From: Macrostomum lignano
Taxonomy: Eukaryota
Length of the DNA stretch: 64,000 nt
Direction of reading: 5' to 3'
NCBI GenBank assembly: GCA_002269645.1
Contig: NIVC01000240.1
Span: forward strand, 505,517 to 569,516
The notes below the pieces were generated by a model. The model worked only from the letters and a program-made list of their open reading frames with translations. It was not told the origin of the DNA and ran no database searches. Each line of letters starts with the position of its first letter. Position 1 is the first letter of the stretch. The position numbers and the translations under genes were made by a program. This document shows, piece after piece, positions 1 to 13,399 of this stretch.

Positions 1-513
1 CATTCTCGCCTCTCATTGGCTGGCGCCCCCAGGAATTCGTAATATCCAATAAGCACCGATATGTACGCGCCCCGCAGGCGCCCCGATATGTACTTATTGA
101 TTTTGTATTCATCGATACGTACGAGTAGTTATTAACAATTAACAAAAAGTAGGCTAGTGAAAACTACTTATAGTAGTCTAAATTGCGTATATTTTCACAT
201 ATTGACGCATATTAAACATAAATATGAGCAGCAAAATAAGCAGCGCGGGCGCCGAGCGCCAATATCGATATGCGTATCCGGTTCCTGGGGGGCACCAGCC
301 AATGGGAGGCGAGGAGGTTTGACACCCACCTCACCTCCAAAATCATGCCAAACGGAAGTCCTTAGTAGTTATGTGCTCAACAGTCAGCGGAATGGGCAGC
401 ATTGCCGTCAGCGCTGGTTGTGGGACGATGTCGCCGAAGGCATAGCGACAGGATTCCCGCAGCCCCTCCATGCCAATAATATTTGTTTTATCCAACCCAT
501 CGCACCTGTACAG

Positions 514-3500
514 GTGGAGCACGAGCTCACGCTGTCTCTGCGCATACTCGGCCAGCTGGTCGACCGGCTTCAGGAGCAGCACCAGCCGCCTAGGCTGCGC
601 TTCGAATGGCCCGACTATCCTGGTCTGGTGCGCCTCCTCGGCCGGGCCTGCTGCCCGTCCGCTCCGGCCCTGGTTGAGCCGGCCTTTGCCGTGATGTGCC
701 GCCTGCCGCGCCTGCTAATGTCGCCCGTCACAGAGCCGCGCGGCGCTGAAAGCGGCTTCGCGTCGCTAACGCTGCAACTGCTGCCCTACCTGCTGCTGCA
801 CTATGACAATTCGCCGCAGCAAGCCAGAGACGCGGCCGCCAGGCTGGGCACCTTCGGCCAGGACAGCTGGCCAGATGCCACCAGCCAGCTTAGCGTGGTG
901 CTGGCGCAGTACAGCAGGAATTCCTTCACCCGCGATGCTGGGCAATGGTGCCGCTGCGTTTGCCGCTATCTGTGCGACGCTTTCCCCGGGCTGGGCCCGG
1001 CTCTGGTGCGCCAGGCTCTCGGTCAGCTGGAGGCCTGGCCAGCCGTGCTGCTGCCGCACTCGCAGGGCGCTCTGCACGCACTGTTGAGCAATGTTGATTT
1101 GACGGAGGAGGTGGCGAGGCCCTTGGTGCACATACTGACTAGGCAGATTGCCCACGGCTGCGGTGACACCATGCGACTGCATGCGGTACGGCTTCTGTGT
1201 GAACCTGCCTTGAGATCCTGACTATCCACTGAGATCTATTTTCCACCCTGAGATTCCCTCCTGTTATCCACTTTGAAATTCCCCTGTTATCTAATCTGGA
1301 ATTTCCCTGTCATCCAATCTCAAATTCCCCTGTTATCCAATTTGAAATTCCCCTGTTATCCAATTTGAAATTCCCCTGTTATCTAATCTCAAATTCCCCT
1401 GTTATCCAATCTCAAATTCCCCTGTTATCCAATCTCAAATTTCCCTGTTATACAACTTGAAATTCCCCTGTTATCCAATTTGAAATTCCCCTGTTATCCA
1501 ATCTCAAATTCCCCTGTTATCCAATCTCAAATTTCCCTGTTATCCAATTTGAAATTCCCCTGTTATCCAATCTCAAATTCCCCTGTTATCCAATTTGAAA
1601 TTCCCCTGTTATCTAATTTAAAATTTCCCTGTTAATCAGCATGAGTTTTAGACTCCAAGAGCCCGTAGAATCGCTCATTAACGATCGCCAAACAACAGTA
1701 GAAATTACCCAACCAGCTAGTATACCATTCCAAAATTCACTAAAAATAATCCACCTACCTGCAACCCAACACGCAGATTCTCAAGCACCTGGTGTTCAAG
1801 TCCAGCAGCGTGCCGCCCGCCTCGCACACGAAGCACCCGCTTGTGCTGCCGCTGGTCCCCCTGCCAGAGGCTGAGCCGCCGCGTCGCGAACTCCCAGGCC
1901 GAACTCTCAACTTCACCTTCGACGTTCGCTCGGAAGATCAAATTGGCGGTGCTGCTCAATCGGCTCAGCAGCAGCAGCAGCAGCATCATCCAGCTGCCGC
2001 AGCTTCCACAGCGTCTATGGCTTCGGCTGTGTCGGCACCGCCAGCCATCGGCGGCGGCGGAGGCGGCTCTCTGTCTTCCTCCGACAGCGGCAGCGGCGGC
2101 TGTGGTGAGAAGCGCTCTCTGGCTAGCGGAGGTGGCGGCGGCGGCGGTGGCAGCAGCAGCGGTGGCGGCGGCGGCACTAGCGGCGGCGATCGGCACCTGC
2201 CGCAGGTGCCCCGAGTTCGAATCCGGCTGGTTGCCCTGTGCGCCGGCTATTTTGGCGCCCGAGCCGGCCTGCCAAAGTCTCCATCGGTGAGTTGGGATTG
2301 CCGCGATTTGGTTTTTGTTTTGCATTCCCAGTTTTGTTTTGCCGATTTTCGCAGTGTGTATTTACTGATATGCTTTTCCTGATTCATTTAATACGAGGGC
2401 ATGGAAACAGGAGCAGGAAGACAGAGTAAGGGAGATAAAAGTGGATTTTTACAGTTTTCCAAGAAAGCAAAGAGTGACAGGCAGCCAGAGAAGAGAGAAA
2501 AACAGAGAGTGACAGACAGCCAGAGAAGAGAGAAAAACAGAGAGTGACAGGCAGCCAAAGAAGAGAGAAAAACAGAGAGTGACAGGCAACTAGAGAAGAG
2601 TGACAGACAGCCAGAGAAGAGTGAAAAACAGAGAGTGACAGACAGCCAGAGAAGAGAGAAAAACAGAGAGTGACAGGCAACTAGAGAAGAGTGACAGACA
2701 GCCAGAGAAGAGTGAAAAGAACAAAGAGTGACAGACAGCCAGAGAAGAGTGAAAAACAGAGAGTGACAGACAGCCAGAGAAGAGTGAAAAACAGAGAGTG
2801 ACAGACAGCCAGAGAAGAGTGAAAAACAGAGAGTGACAGGCACTAAGTTATCAGTGAAGTGCATTGAGTCACATTAATTGGCTGCAAGTGGACTTCAAGT
2901 GGACTTGTACTGCTATTAGTTAGAGCTGCTGCTAAGTTTAATTGGAACTAAAAGCTTATAAAAAGTGCATTTTGACTTGGCATAGGATCCGTTATTTACC
3001 AGCTTGTAAATATATATATATATATATATCTGCATCCTGAGCTGTTGTTAGCTTATGTTTCTACATGTATGTCGTTTCTCTGATGTGTACCAAAGCATAA
3101 TATAATTTTCCTAATGTTGTCCAACCCAAATTAGTTTAGTTTAGTTTAAAATTGATGTGCGCAACTTAATGCTAGTTTCAGTAAAAATACTAGCATATTA
3201 ATTAAAAAAGAAATATTTTGTACCTAGGTATTGCCGCTTGTCTTAGCATGTTTTGTTTAGAAATGCGAAATTATTAATTAATTATCTATAAGCATCTGGC
3301 AACCAACCCGCATGCACTCAACGCAACCAATTGCTGTGCCAATTCCAATTTTTAGGATGCCTACTGGCATAAGGTAAATCAACCATTGCCCGAACAGAAG
3401 ATGGTTGATCAAAACGATTTTCAAACTCCCCCCTCCCCTGCATTCATTTTGTTTCTGTCTGTGTGTGCTGTACGCATAGTGCAGTACAAGCAGTGCTTAT

Positions 3501-6500
3501 TTGTCCTATAGTGTATTTATATCATCGGTGATTACAATATCCGCTTACACCCCACAGTTATTACCCAATTGTACTTCTGTATGTACTACAGGCATGTGGC
3601 TGTTAATCATTTGAAACATCCACCAATCAAATCAGGAATCTAAACAATTAATCTGTCGATCAATAGTCAAAACGATCAATCAATCAGTCAATCAAGAATC
3701 AAAACGATCAATCAATCAGTCAATCAAGAATCAAAACGATCAATCAATCAGTCAATCAAGAATCGAAATGATCAATCAATCAGTCAATCAAGAATCAAAA
3801 CGATCAATCAATCAGTCAATCAAGAATCGAAACGATCAATCAATCAGTCAATCAAGAATCAAAACGATCAATCAATCAGTCAATCAAGAATCAAAACGAT
3901 CAATCAATCAGTCAATCAAGAATCGAAACGATCAATCAATCAGTCAATCAAGAATCAAAACGATCAATCAATCAGTCAATCAAGAATCGAAACGATCAAT
4001 CAATCAATCAGTCAATCAAGAATCGAAACGATCAATCAATCAGTCAATCAAGAATCGAAACGATCAATCAATCAGTCAATCAAGAATCGAAACGATCAAT
4101 CAATCAGTCAATCAAGAATCAAAACGATCAATCAATCAGTCAATCAAGAATCGAAACGATCAATCAATCAGTCAATCAAGAATCGAAACGATCAATGACT
4201 CAATGCATAAAGTTAAACCAATCAATCAATCAGTCAATCAAGAATCGAAACGATCAATGACTCAATGCATAAAGTTAAACCAATCAATCAATCAGTCAAT
4301 CAAGAATCGAAACGATCAATGACTCAATGCATAAAGTTAAACCAATCAATCAATCAGTCAATCAAGAATCGAAACGATCAATGACTCAATGCATAAAGTT
4401 AAACCAATCAATCAATCAGTCAATCAAGAATCGAAACGATCAATGACTCAATGCATAAAGTTAAACCAATCAATCAATCAGTCAATCAAGAATCGAAACG
4501 ATCAATGACTCAATGCATAAAGTTAAACCAATCAATCAATCAGTCAATCAAGAATCGAAACGATCAATCAATCAGTCAATCAAGAATCGAAACGATCGAT
4601 CAATCAGTCAATCAAGAATCAAAACGATCAATCACTCAATTCATAAAGTTAAACCAATCAATCAATCAATCAATCAATCGATCGTTTAAGTTGAATTTTA
4701 ATAAATGTTATTTATGGTACAGCTGTATTTGAAATTGGGGTCCATTCACCCTCGGGCCTTGGTTAAAGACTGGTTAAAGACTATCCTACCCCACATTTGC
4801 TTGCTAATATGCCTCCTAAGTATAGTTTTAAAGCGTGTCGGTTTCTCGATCGCGGCATTCTCACCAGCGTCTATAATATTGTCTAAGTTTAGCAATCCTG
4901 GTTAATAGTTAAGACTGGCCACGGTGGGGGAATTGTGATTTAGACAGGGCCACGGTGGGGGGATGGTGATTCAGACAGGGTCACAGTGGGGGGATGGTGA
5001 TTCAGACAGGGTCACAGTGGGGGATGGTGATTCAGACAGGGCCACGGTGGGGGATGGTGATTCAGACAGGGCCACGGTGGGGGATGGTGATTCAGACAGG
5101 GTCACAGTGGGGGGATGGTGATTCAGACAGGGCCACGGTGGGGGGATGGTGATTCAGACAGGGTCACAGTGGGGGGATGGTGATTCAGACAGGGTCACAG
5201 TGGGGGGATGGTGATTCAGACAGGGTCACAGTGGGGGGATGGTGATTCAGACAGGGCCACGGTGGGGGATGGTGATTCAGACAGGGCCACGGTGGGGGAT
5301 GGTGATTCAGACAGGGTCACAGTGGGGGGATGGTGATTCAGACAGGGCCACAGTGGGGGATGGTGATTCAGACAGGGCCACGGTGGGGGATGGTGATTCA
5401 GACAGGGCCACGGTGGGGGATGGTGATTCAGACAGGGCCACGGTGGGGGATGGTGATTCAGACAGGGCCACGGTGGGGGATGGTGATTCAGACAGGGCCA
5501 CAGTGGGGGATGGTGATTCAGACAGGGTCACGGTGGGGGGATGGTAATTCAGACAGGGTCACGGTGGGGAGATGGTGATTCAGAATTCCAAACCAAAATA
5601 CTCAGTAAAATCACACCTGGCCTGCTAGTTCACAAAGCATGCAATAGTTTTCATAATTTAATATTTTTGCGCTGATTGCAACATCAATTATTTCTGACTC
5701 AAGCTTGATTTGGTGCGCGTCCCTTATCGAAACAATATCAGCTGACTGTAGAATCTGCCTTGGGCTCTGTGCGTGCTTGTGTTTCTTTGCTGCTGAACTC
5801 CAAAATTGCACGCGCTCGATCTGCTTTTTTGTAATTACGGGGAAACTTATCAATATCTAGCATTGTACTCGTACCTACTTGCAGTAGCATAGGCAGGTGT
5901 CCTCACAGATACTAAAATAACTGGATGGGCCACTCAGGCACATATACTTCGTAAAACAGCTTTCTACTTTCAGTTCAGTAGCAAAGAAGAAAACATAAGC
6001 TATTTTATAGAAATAAAGGCAGCTGAAATGACTGATAAGTTTAGAAGCCCAAGCTTGCAGGCGTAAACAGCTTGCTAATTGGTTCAGCAATAATGTACAT
6101 TAGCCAGTCCACTGAAATGTACATGGCAGCTTTAGGCTGGAATTCCGAGGAAGGCAATAAAAATTGGGGCGAGGCTGGGCTAGTGTGGAAAGGTGCGGTT
6201 GGAGGGTTTAAGCTGGGGGGAGAGCCTTGGCTTATAAAACACATTAAAATGCTTCAGTTTAACTTACTACTGAACTAAAAGTAGTTTGCACGCAAATGTG
6301 AGGAGTGGCCCAACTAATTATTCTAGTATCTGTGGATGTCCTTGATTTCTGTTACAGAAAAATCTTTCACTGCTTTATTTTTCCAATGTATTGGCGCCAT
6401 TTTTAGAAGTTTGCCACAACTAGGCGAGCTGGCAGAGTAAGTGGTTTGCTATTCTAAATCATTTATTGACTAATCATTTGACTATTAGTTTGACCATTCA

Positions 6501-9500
6501 GCATTTTTGTGAATTTATGCTTGTCCAGGGCATTCGTGAACTGCTTTATAGACTCGTTTATTTTGTTTATTTGTTTGTTTGTGTTTTTCTGTCTATTGTC
6601 TTCTGTAGGCCTCTCGTTCTGAATTTTCTCTAACCTTTATCTGTTTGTTTAACTGTTTTTGATTAAATCGAAATCATGGAAATTTAAATCACATTCAGAC
6701 ATCTCACCTGCATGCCTCCTTCCTAAATACTAAATTCCCAACGCTTAACAAGCAACTGGTCACAAGCATTACTGCTACTGGCAGCCATCTGAACCTCTTG
6801 GCAACCACCCAAAGCCTTAGCAACCACCCAAAGCCTTAGCAACCACCCAAAGCCTTAGCAACCACCCAAAGCCTTAGCAACTACCCAAAGCCTTAGCAAC
6901 CACCCAAAGCCTTAGCAACCACCCAAAGCCTTAGCAACTACCCAAAGCCTTAGCAACTACCCAAACCCTTAGCAACCACCCAAAGCCTTAGCAACTACCC
7001 AAAGCCTTAGCAACTACCCAAACCTTTAACAACCACCCAGACCCTTAGCAACTACCCAAAGCTTTAGCAACCACTCAAAGCCTTAGCAAACACACAAACC
7101 CTTAGCAACCACCCAAACCCTTAGCAACTACCCAAGGCCTTGGCAACCACCCAAACACTTAGCAACCATCCGAAGCCTTAGCAACTACAGAAAGTTTTTG
7201 GCCAGTTAGAAACCATCGCCTGTTGAGCTGGTATTCAAAAATAATACGGCAGTAATTTGAATAAAAATAACACTTAATTAATGAAGATTTAACCATTGTT
7301 ATGCCAGACTACTACATTGGCTAAAAGTGCATTTGTCTAAGCAGTGTTTCCATGAATGCCGATAAGCATAAATATCAATTAGGCTCTAACTGCTACTCGC
7401 CAGTCTCATACTGCAAGTAGTCAATAAATAACATGTACATAATTTTATGCTTTCAACAGTTAATTTTCGCACCGACAGTATGTTTTGGCTTTCGCTTAGC
7501 GCTGGGAAACGGACTGCCAGTCATAAATATTAAATTAGCTAATCTTCTAATACTAAAGCACAGCTTTGTGCATCACAACCTTTTGCACCATTTATTCTTT
7601 ACAGGTGATATTCAGCCAGTCTACTGAGACCATTGACAGGCAGGGCAGCGTGCACTCTAGCAGTGATACCACCTCTACAAATGAGCAGACTGGTATGTTG
7701 GCATAACTGTGGTAGCTAATTATTTCTAATTGGTCACAGGTGACTCATTTGGTAGCTAATTATCTCTAATTGGTCACAGGTGACTCATTTGGTAGCTAAT
7801 TATCTCTAATTGGTCACAGGTGACTCATTTAGTACTAATTATCTCTAATTGGTCACAGGTGACCCATTTGGTAGCTAGCTAATTATCCCTGATTGGTCAC
7901 AGGTGACCCATTTGGTAGCTAAGTATCTCTGATTGGTCACAGGTGACTCATTTGGTAGCTAATTATCTCTGATTGGTCACAGGTGACTCATTTGGTAGCT
8001 AATTATCCCTGATTGGTCACAGGTGACTCATTTGGTAGCTAATTATCTCTGATTGGTCACAGGTGACTCATTTGGTAGCTAATTATCCCTGATTGGTCAC
8101 AGGTGACTCATTTGGTAGCTAATTATCCCTGATTGGTCACAGGTGACTCATTTGGTAGCTAATTATCCCTGATTGGTCACAGGTGACCCATTTGGTAGCT
8201 AAGTATCTCTGATTGGTCACAGGTGACTCATTTGGTAGCTAATTATCTCTGATTGGTCACAGGTGACTCATTTGGTAGCTAATTATCCCCAATGTGTATC
8301 AATCAAACGCCCGTGTCCTCAGATGACCTCCTGCTCGAGGACTCGAGCAGCTCCGAGCTGCGCTACTACAACATCGTCGGCTTCATCGACGACCAGCTCG
8401 GCTTCCTCAACATCGAGGACCCGGACAGCCCGACTCACCCCGGCCACGTCAAGCTCAACTGGGGTGTCGGCAGTGTCCCCATTTACAGCGACAGCTACGG
8501 CGATGCCGCCTTCGACCGGGACGCCGCCGCCTCGCCTACGACTGGTCGCCGACTCCGCCGGGAGGAGTCTTCTTCTAGTAGCAGCGACGACGAAGAAGAG
8601 GAGCTGGTTGCCGCCCTGCCGCAGCGGGAGCCGGCCACTGGAGCCAGTCTGAGCCCGTCCTCGGCGCCGTCCACCAGCCCGCAGGAGGAGCCGCCCGGAC
8701 CGGGGGAGCTCGAGTGGCAGGTGCGAAACTCAGGCGTTGAAATTTTCTCTAGGATTTAAAATCAAGGTTTCTGGGATTTGAGAGGGATTCTGGGATTCGA
8801 GATGTAGGATTCTGGGATTCGAGATGGATTCTGGGATTTGAGATGTGGGATCTGGGACGATAAATTTGGGATTCTGGGATTCGGGATGTGGGATTTTGGG
8901 ATTTGAGATGTGGGATTTTGGGATTTGAGATGTGGGATTCTGGGATTTGAGATGTGGGTTTCTGGGATTTGAGTTGTGGGATTCTGGGATTCGAGATGCG
9001 GTATTTCGTGAATTAAGATTCTAAAATTCCAGTTTTGGGATCACAGAATCCAGCGCTCGCATGAGTTCCACCCCCCCCCCCCTAATCTGCGCCAGGAGTT
9101 CGCCAGCAAAGCCTCCAGCCTGCCGCCGGACCGCCTAGGCGAACTTTACCAGCTCTGGCCGCCTGTGGTGTCCGAGGCCGGCGACCGGCTTAGCGGCCTC
9201 TGCGCCTCCGTCCGGCCGTGGCTGCCGGCGGCCCTGGCCGATCCGCTGTGCCGCCTGGCTGACAGCCTCCGCGCCATCTCGCTGCCGTTTGTCCACATCA
9301 GCCCGGCCGTGAGTGCCAGCCACGCTGACAGCCAGCGCTACGTCCTGCTGCAGCTGCGCGACCGGTTTGAAACGTTTCGCGCCTCCAGGGATGCCTGCAC
9401 CGAACGGGTGGCCGAGGTGGCGTTCGGACAGTCGGCCAGCGGCCAGTCGGAGGCCAACCAGCTTAAACTGGCCAGAGGGCTCAACCGGTTGTGTCTGCAG

Positions 9501-10845
9501 GTTAGAGTTTTCACCTGCCTATTTCTACTCAATAGTAGTATAGGCTGGCCGCAATTGGGCTCGGGGTTCGGGTCATTTCAACAGTTGAATAGTTGACTGC
9601 ATGAGATGCTCATTCTTCTGAACGGTGGATCATTGCTCTAATGGGTCATTTCTGTTGAATGACGGGTCAATTCTGTTGAATGACGGGTCATTTCTGTTGA
9701 ATGACGGGTTATTTCTGTTGAATGACGGGTTATTTCTGTTAAATGACGGGTCATTTCTGTTGAATGACGGGTTATTTCTGTTGAATGACGGGTTATTTCT
9801 GTTAAATGACGGGTCATTTCTGTTGAATGACGGGTCATTTCTGTTGAATGACGGGTCATTTCTGTTGAACGACGGGTTATTTCTGTAGAATGACGGGTCA
9901 TTTCTGTTAAATGACGGGTCATTTCTGTTGAATGACGGGTTATTTCTGTAGAATGACGGGTCATTTCTGTTAAATGACGGGTCATTTCTGTTGAATGACG
10001 GGTTATTTCTGTTGAATGACGGGTCATTTTTGTTGAATGACGGGTCATTTCTGTTGAATGACGGGTTATTTCTGTTGAATGACGGGTCATTTGTTTTGAA
10101 TTACGGGTCATTTCTGTTAAATGACGGTTTATTCTTTTGAATGACGGGTCATTTGTTTTGAATGAAGGGTCATTTGTTTTGAATGAAGGGTCATTTGTTT
10201 TGAATGAAGGGTCATTTGTTTTGAATGACGGGTCGTTTGTTTTGAATGACGGGTCATTTTTGTTGAATGACGGGTCATTTCTGTTGAATGACGGGTTATT
10301 TGTTTTGAATGACGGGTCATTTGTTTTGAAATTAACTGATTTTATATAAATTATAAAATTGTACAATTATCATGATCAGAGTTCCATATCGAATTCCTAT
10401 AGCCAGTTAACATTTCCAACCGATATGTATCGAAATGAACATTTTCCAGGCTGTAACATTGCACGAAGCGTTCTCAAAAGCGGTGGACCAGTTGCCAATG
10501 TCGCCAGACCAGGAAATTGTCCGCGAGTTGGCCGGCGTCCGCGACAGGCTGAGGCAGGCGAAGTTCAACCTGGGCCCCGGCAGCCTGTCAGCTCCCATTG
10601 CCAGCCAGACTCCGCTGGACTGCCTGCTGCAGGGCCGCTATCAGGACGCTATTAAACTGCTGGACCAGGACCAGCTGCTGCGGCTGTACTGCGAACACCT
10701 GGCCAGAGAGCGCGAGCCGATGCTGTGCCTCCGCCTGCCTGCCGAGGTGGCCTTCGAGGAGCGGGTTCGCTACCTGCGCAATGACCAGCTGCAGGTGGCC
10801 GCCGCGCTGCAGGAGCTGGAGTCTGCCGACAGCGGCAGCCTGTGA
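514..10845 (+). CDS. FRY: Protein furry (FRY/FRYL, MOR2-PAG1 family), 3' part of gene. Exons 514-1185, 1777-2286, 7605-7692, 8323-8720, 9096-9500, 10450-10845 (stop); 5' exons lie outside the window
   Basis: All introns are GT-AG with consistent phases (0,0,1,0,0). The spliced peptide follows the FRY C-terminal motifs as recalled: EHELTLSLRIL, F.WPDYPGL, LLPYLLLHYD, YSRNSFTRDAGQW..VCRYL, ILKHLV, LPGRTLNFTFD, LPKSPS|VIFS, QLKLARGLNRLCLQ. Confidence 0.88.
1250..1635. repeat. Minisatellite, ~23-bp unit AAATTCCCCTGTTATCCAATCTC, in a FRY intron
   Basis: Tandem copies read directly. Confidence 0.9.
2465..2840. repeat. Purine-rich minisatellite (AGAGAGTGACAGACAGCCAGAGAAGAGTGAAAAAC-like, ~35 bp)
   Basis: Tandem copies; the overlapping ORFs are repeat translations. 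Confidence 0.88.
3665..4680. repeat. TCAA-based minisatellite, ~32-bp unit CAATCAATCAGTCAATCAAGAATCAAAACGAT, with a longer variant in the 3' half
   Basis: Tandem copies read directly. Confidence 0.92.
4905..5585. repeat. Minisatellite, 30-31-bp unit GGTGATTCAGACAGGGCCACGGTGGGGGAT
   Basis: About 22 tandem copies. Confidence 0.92.
5904..6334. mobile_element. Non-autonomous TIR element (MITE), copy 1; ~30-bp TIR starting CACAGATACT, 8-bp TSD
   Basis: Ends CACAGATACTAAAATAAC... and ...TTATTCTAGTATCTGTG. Flanks GGTGTCCT (5896-5903) and GATGTCCT (6335-6342) match at 7/8. An inverted second copy lies at 17121-17569. Confidence 0.85.
6800..7190. repeat. Minisatellite, 19-bp unit CAACCACCCAAAGCCTTAG
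   Basis: Tandem copies, degenerating toward the 3' end. Confidence 0.9.
7715..8290. repeat. Minisatellite, 40-bp unit GGTAGCTAATTATCTCTAATTGGTCACAGGTGACTCATTT, filling a FRY intron
   Basis: About 14 tandem copies between exons 7605-7692 and 8323-8720. Confidence 0.92.
8770..8998. repeat. Minisatellite, ~22-bp unit GGGATTCTGGGATTTGAGATGT
   Basis: Tandem copies in a FRY intron. Confidence 0.8.
9640..10330. repeat. Minisatellite, 21-bp unit ATTTCTGTTGAATGACGGGTC
   Basis: About 32 tandem copies in the last FRY intron. Confidence 0.92.
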
Positions 10846-10867
10846 CGCAATCATAAACTCTAAGTAG

Positions 10868-11235
10868 ACTGCGGCGCTAAACTCTAGCCTGCGGCGCTAA
10901 ACTCTAGCCTGCAGCGCTAAACTCTAGCCTGCAGCGCCAAACTCTAGCCTGCAGCGCCAAACTCTAGCCTGCAGCGCTAAACTCTAGCCTGCAACGCTAA
11001 ACTCTAGCCTGCGGCGCTAAACTCTAAGTAGACTGCGGCGCTAAACTCTAGCCTGCGGCGCTAAACTCTAGCCTGCAACGCTAAACTCTAGCCTGCAACG
11101 CTAAACTCCAGCCTGCAACGCTAAACTCTAGCCTGCAACGCTAAACTCTAGCCTGCGGCGCTAAACTCTAGCCTGCAACGCTAAACTCTAGCCTGCGGCG
11201 CTAAAATCTACATAGACTGCAGCGCCAAAGTCTAG
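10868..11235. repeat. Minisatellite, 20-bp unit GCCTGCGGCGCTAAACTCTA, just after the FRY stop
   Basis: Tandem copies read directly. Confidence 0.9.
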
Positions 11236-11468
11236 CTTGTGGCGCTAAATTGGCGCTACGCTCAGTGTAGGACCCTTGGCCCCCTGACAAAAAAAGTTTT
11301 TTGACCATGGTACTAACAACTGAAGGTACTAAAGATTATATTTTATTTATTTATACTTGGTAAAATATTCATTCTACTAATAGTAGTTTCATATTTTAAA
11401 AAAGTTGCTCACTATAAAATCTGCCTTAATCTGCTAACTCCTTAATATTAGATAAAGAGTTCCATATA

Positions 11469-12776
11469 CGAGGGATACTCCAAAAGTTTTGCAATTCAAC
11501 CACTTGCGCAAGTCGCACAATCTTCAAAACCAACTCTCTGTACAATAAACATGTACATAGTCACCACCTCAATTTTCAAGTTAATTCATACATATACGCC
11601 TGCTCAGCCCCCAGTCAAAGTCAGAGACTCCTTAACTGTACAGCTGCAGCCATGGAATTGAATCGTGAGCAGAATCGGCTACTAATTTGGTACTGCCACA
11701 AGCGAAAGCTCACGGCGCTTGAGACTCATGCCGAGCTACTGGCAACATTGGAGGCTCAAGCGCCGTCATATGCTACGGTTACACGCTGGTACCGCGAGTT
11801 CCAGGCCGGCAGGACCAGCTTTTCTGACGACCCCCGGCCCGGGAGACCTCCGACAGCAGTGACGGAGGAAAACATCGTTGCAGTGCAGGAGCTGATTCAT
11901 CAGGATCCGCGAATCACCACGGACATGCTAGCTATGAATGTCGGCATTGGATCGGCAGCGGTCGATACGATTCTACACGATCACCTGAGAGTCAGGAAGC
12001 TTTGTGCCCGATGGATACCCCACATCCTGACAGATGCTCAAAAACAGGCCCGCATGGAGTTCTGTCAGTTTCTCATCGATCGATATGAGCACGGGAGCCA
12101 TCAGCGCCGCTCTGAGGTCATCACTGGTGATGAGACGTTTCTGTATCATTTTGACGTCGAGACAAAGCGCAGCAGTGCAGAGTGGGTGCCGGAAGGTGGT
12201 CAACGACCCCTGAAAGCAAGGCGGTCCCGGTCCCAGGGCAAGCGGATGTTTGCCATCTTCTTCGACTCACAAGGCGTGGTGGCGATGGTGAAGCTGGAGG
12301 GTCAAGCTACAGTCACTGCTCGATGGTACACTGAAGAGTGCTTGCCAGTCGTGATCGACAGCGTGACCCAGAGGGCGCCAAGGACGGGAATGCGAGGGCG
12401 GAAGCTTCACCATGACAACGCCCCCGCCCACACGGCTGCTGCAACTCGAGCGTTCCTGGACCAAGAGGGCATTTCAACGCTACCACACCCGGCCTACTCA
12501 CCAGACCTCGCCCCCTGCGACTTCTGGCTCTTTCCAGAAATCAAAAAGTCGCTTAGGGGGCGCAGGTTTCAGTCCGACGAGGAGCTGGAGCAGGCGGCGA
12601 AGGAGGCGATTGACGGCATCCCAATTGAAGACTTCCAGGGCTTGATGAACAAGTGGCTCGGACGAGCGCACAAGTGTTTGCAGTTCCGGGGAGCCTACTT
12701 TGAAGGATTGTAATAGAAAAGTTTGGCAAAATTAACTTTAAATAGTCGAATTGCAAAACTTTTAGAGTATCCCTCG
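11469..12776 (+). mobile_element. Full-length mariner DNA transposon (1308 bp), probably irritans/Hsmar2-like
   Basis: TA|CGAGGGATACTCCAAAAGTTTTGCAATTC at the left and GAATTGCAAAACTTTAGAGTATCCCTCG|TA at the right: ~30-bp imperfect TIRs with TA TSDs at 11467-68 and 12777-78. Confidence 0.95.
11652..12713 (+). CDS. Mariner transposase, 353 aa, DD34D
   Basis: N-terminal HTH region; WIPHIL (WVPHEL motif); ITGDET; HHDNAPAH; YSPDLAPCD; 34 residues between the 2nd and 3rd Asp; uninterrupted ORF. Confidence 0.96.
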   Translation: MELNREQNRLLIWYCHKRKLTALETHAELLATLEAQAPSYATVTRWYREFQAGRTSFSDDPRPGRPPTAVTEENIVAVQELIHQDPRITTDMLAMNVGIGSAAVDTILHDHLRVRKLCARWIPHILTDAQKQARMEFCQFLIDRYEHGSHQRRSEVITGDETFLYHFDVETKRSSAEWVPEGGQRPLKARRSRSQGKRMFAIFFDSQGVVAMVKLEGQATVTARWYTEECLPVVIDSVTQRAPRTGMRGRKLHHDNAPAHTAAATRAFLDQEGISTLPHPAYSPDLAPCDFWLFPEIKKSLRGRRFQSDEELEQAAKEAIDGIPIEDFQGLMNKWLGRAHKCLQFRGAYFEGL

Positions 12777-13399
12777 TATTGTTAGCTTCGCAAGTGTGCG
12801 CTGATTAATCTGTCTACTAACCGTCGCCTAGTCACCCTGAGGCTGCCGGCCCCCTTATGTAGATAAAGCAATTATGTATTTATGACTCAGTGATTATTGA
12901 TTATTGAAACTATAATGCAGAGAAATACATATATTAATCAAAGTGCGCGATATTGCTCTATATTTATAGCCCAGCTTTTTCTATGCGCATAGTTGTGTAT
13001 ATATATTTATTAAAAATGGTCGCATACGCTTTGATTATCAATCTTCATTTTGATTGACAGTATTTTTGGCAGCCACATATCATTGTTTGCCATTGTACTC
13101 GCCGGCATGTAACTCATAATTCATAAGTCTTGCTTGCCCAGTCCTGTCGAGTGTTTGCCCGCTGGCCCAGCGGAGCACTAAGCTTTACTTGCTTAGCTAT
13201 TAATCTCTGGCTTGTGGGTAGGTGGGGAGCATTGATAGCTATGGCTTTGGCCTATGCCTCCGCTATGGACTACTAGGACTGTGCTGTCTGGTCTGGAAAC
13301 GGCGCCCCCAAAGAAGGCAGGCAAAGTTATTTATATGGAGCCCTTTGTCATTAGCTTCGGCAGCCCTAGCAATAACGCTCCTGGTACTGGCGTCCCTGG

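Noticed and set aside
157-513. N-terminal 119 aa of the ORF 157-1221
   Set aside because: Intronic read-through; FRY similarity starts at the CAG|GTG acceptor (514)
7715-8290. 40-bp repeats with an internal palindrome (GTCAC-AG-GTGAC), superficially CRISPR-like
   Set aside because: Head-to-tail units with no unique spacers, no cas genes, and located in a eukaryotic intron
9638-10366. 242-aa (MTRHSTE)n ORF
   Set aside because: 21-bp minisatellite in the last FRY intron
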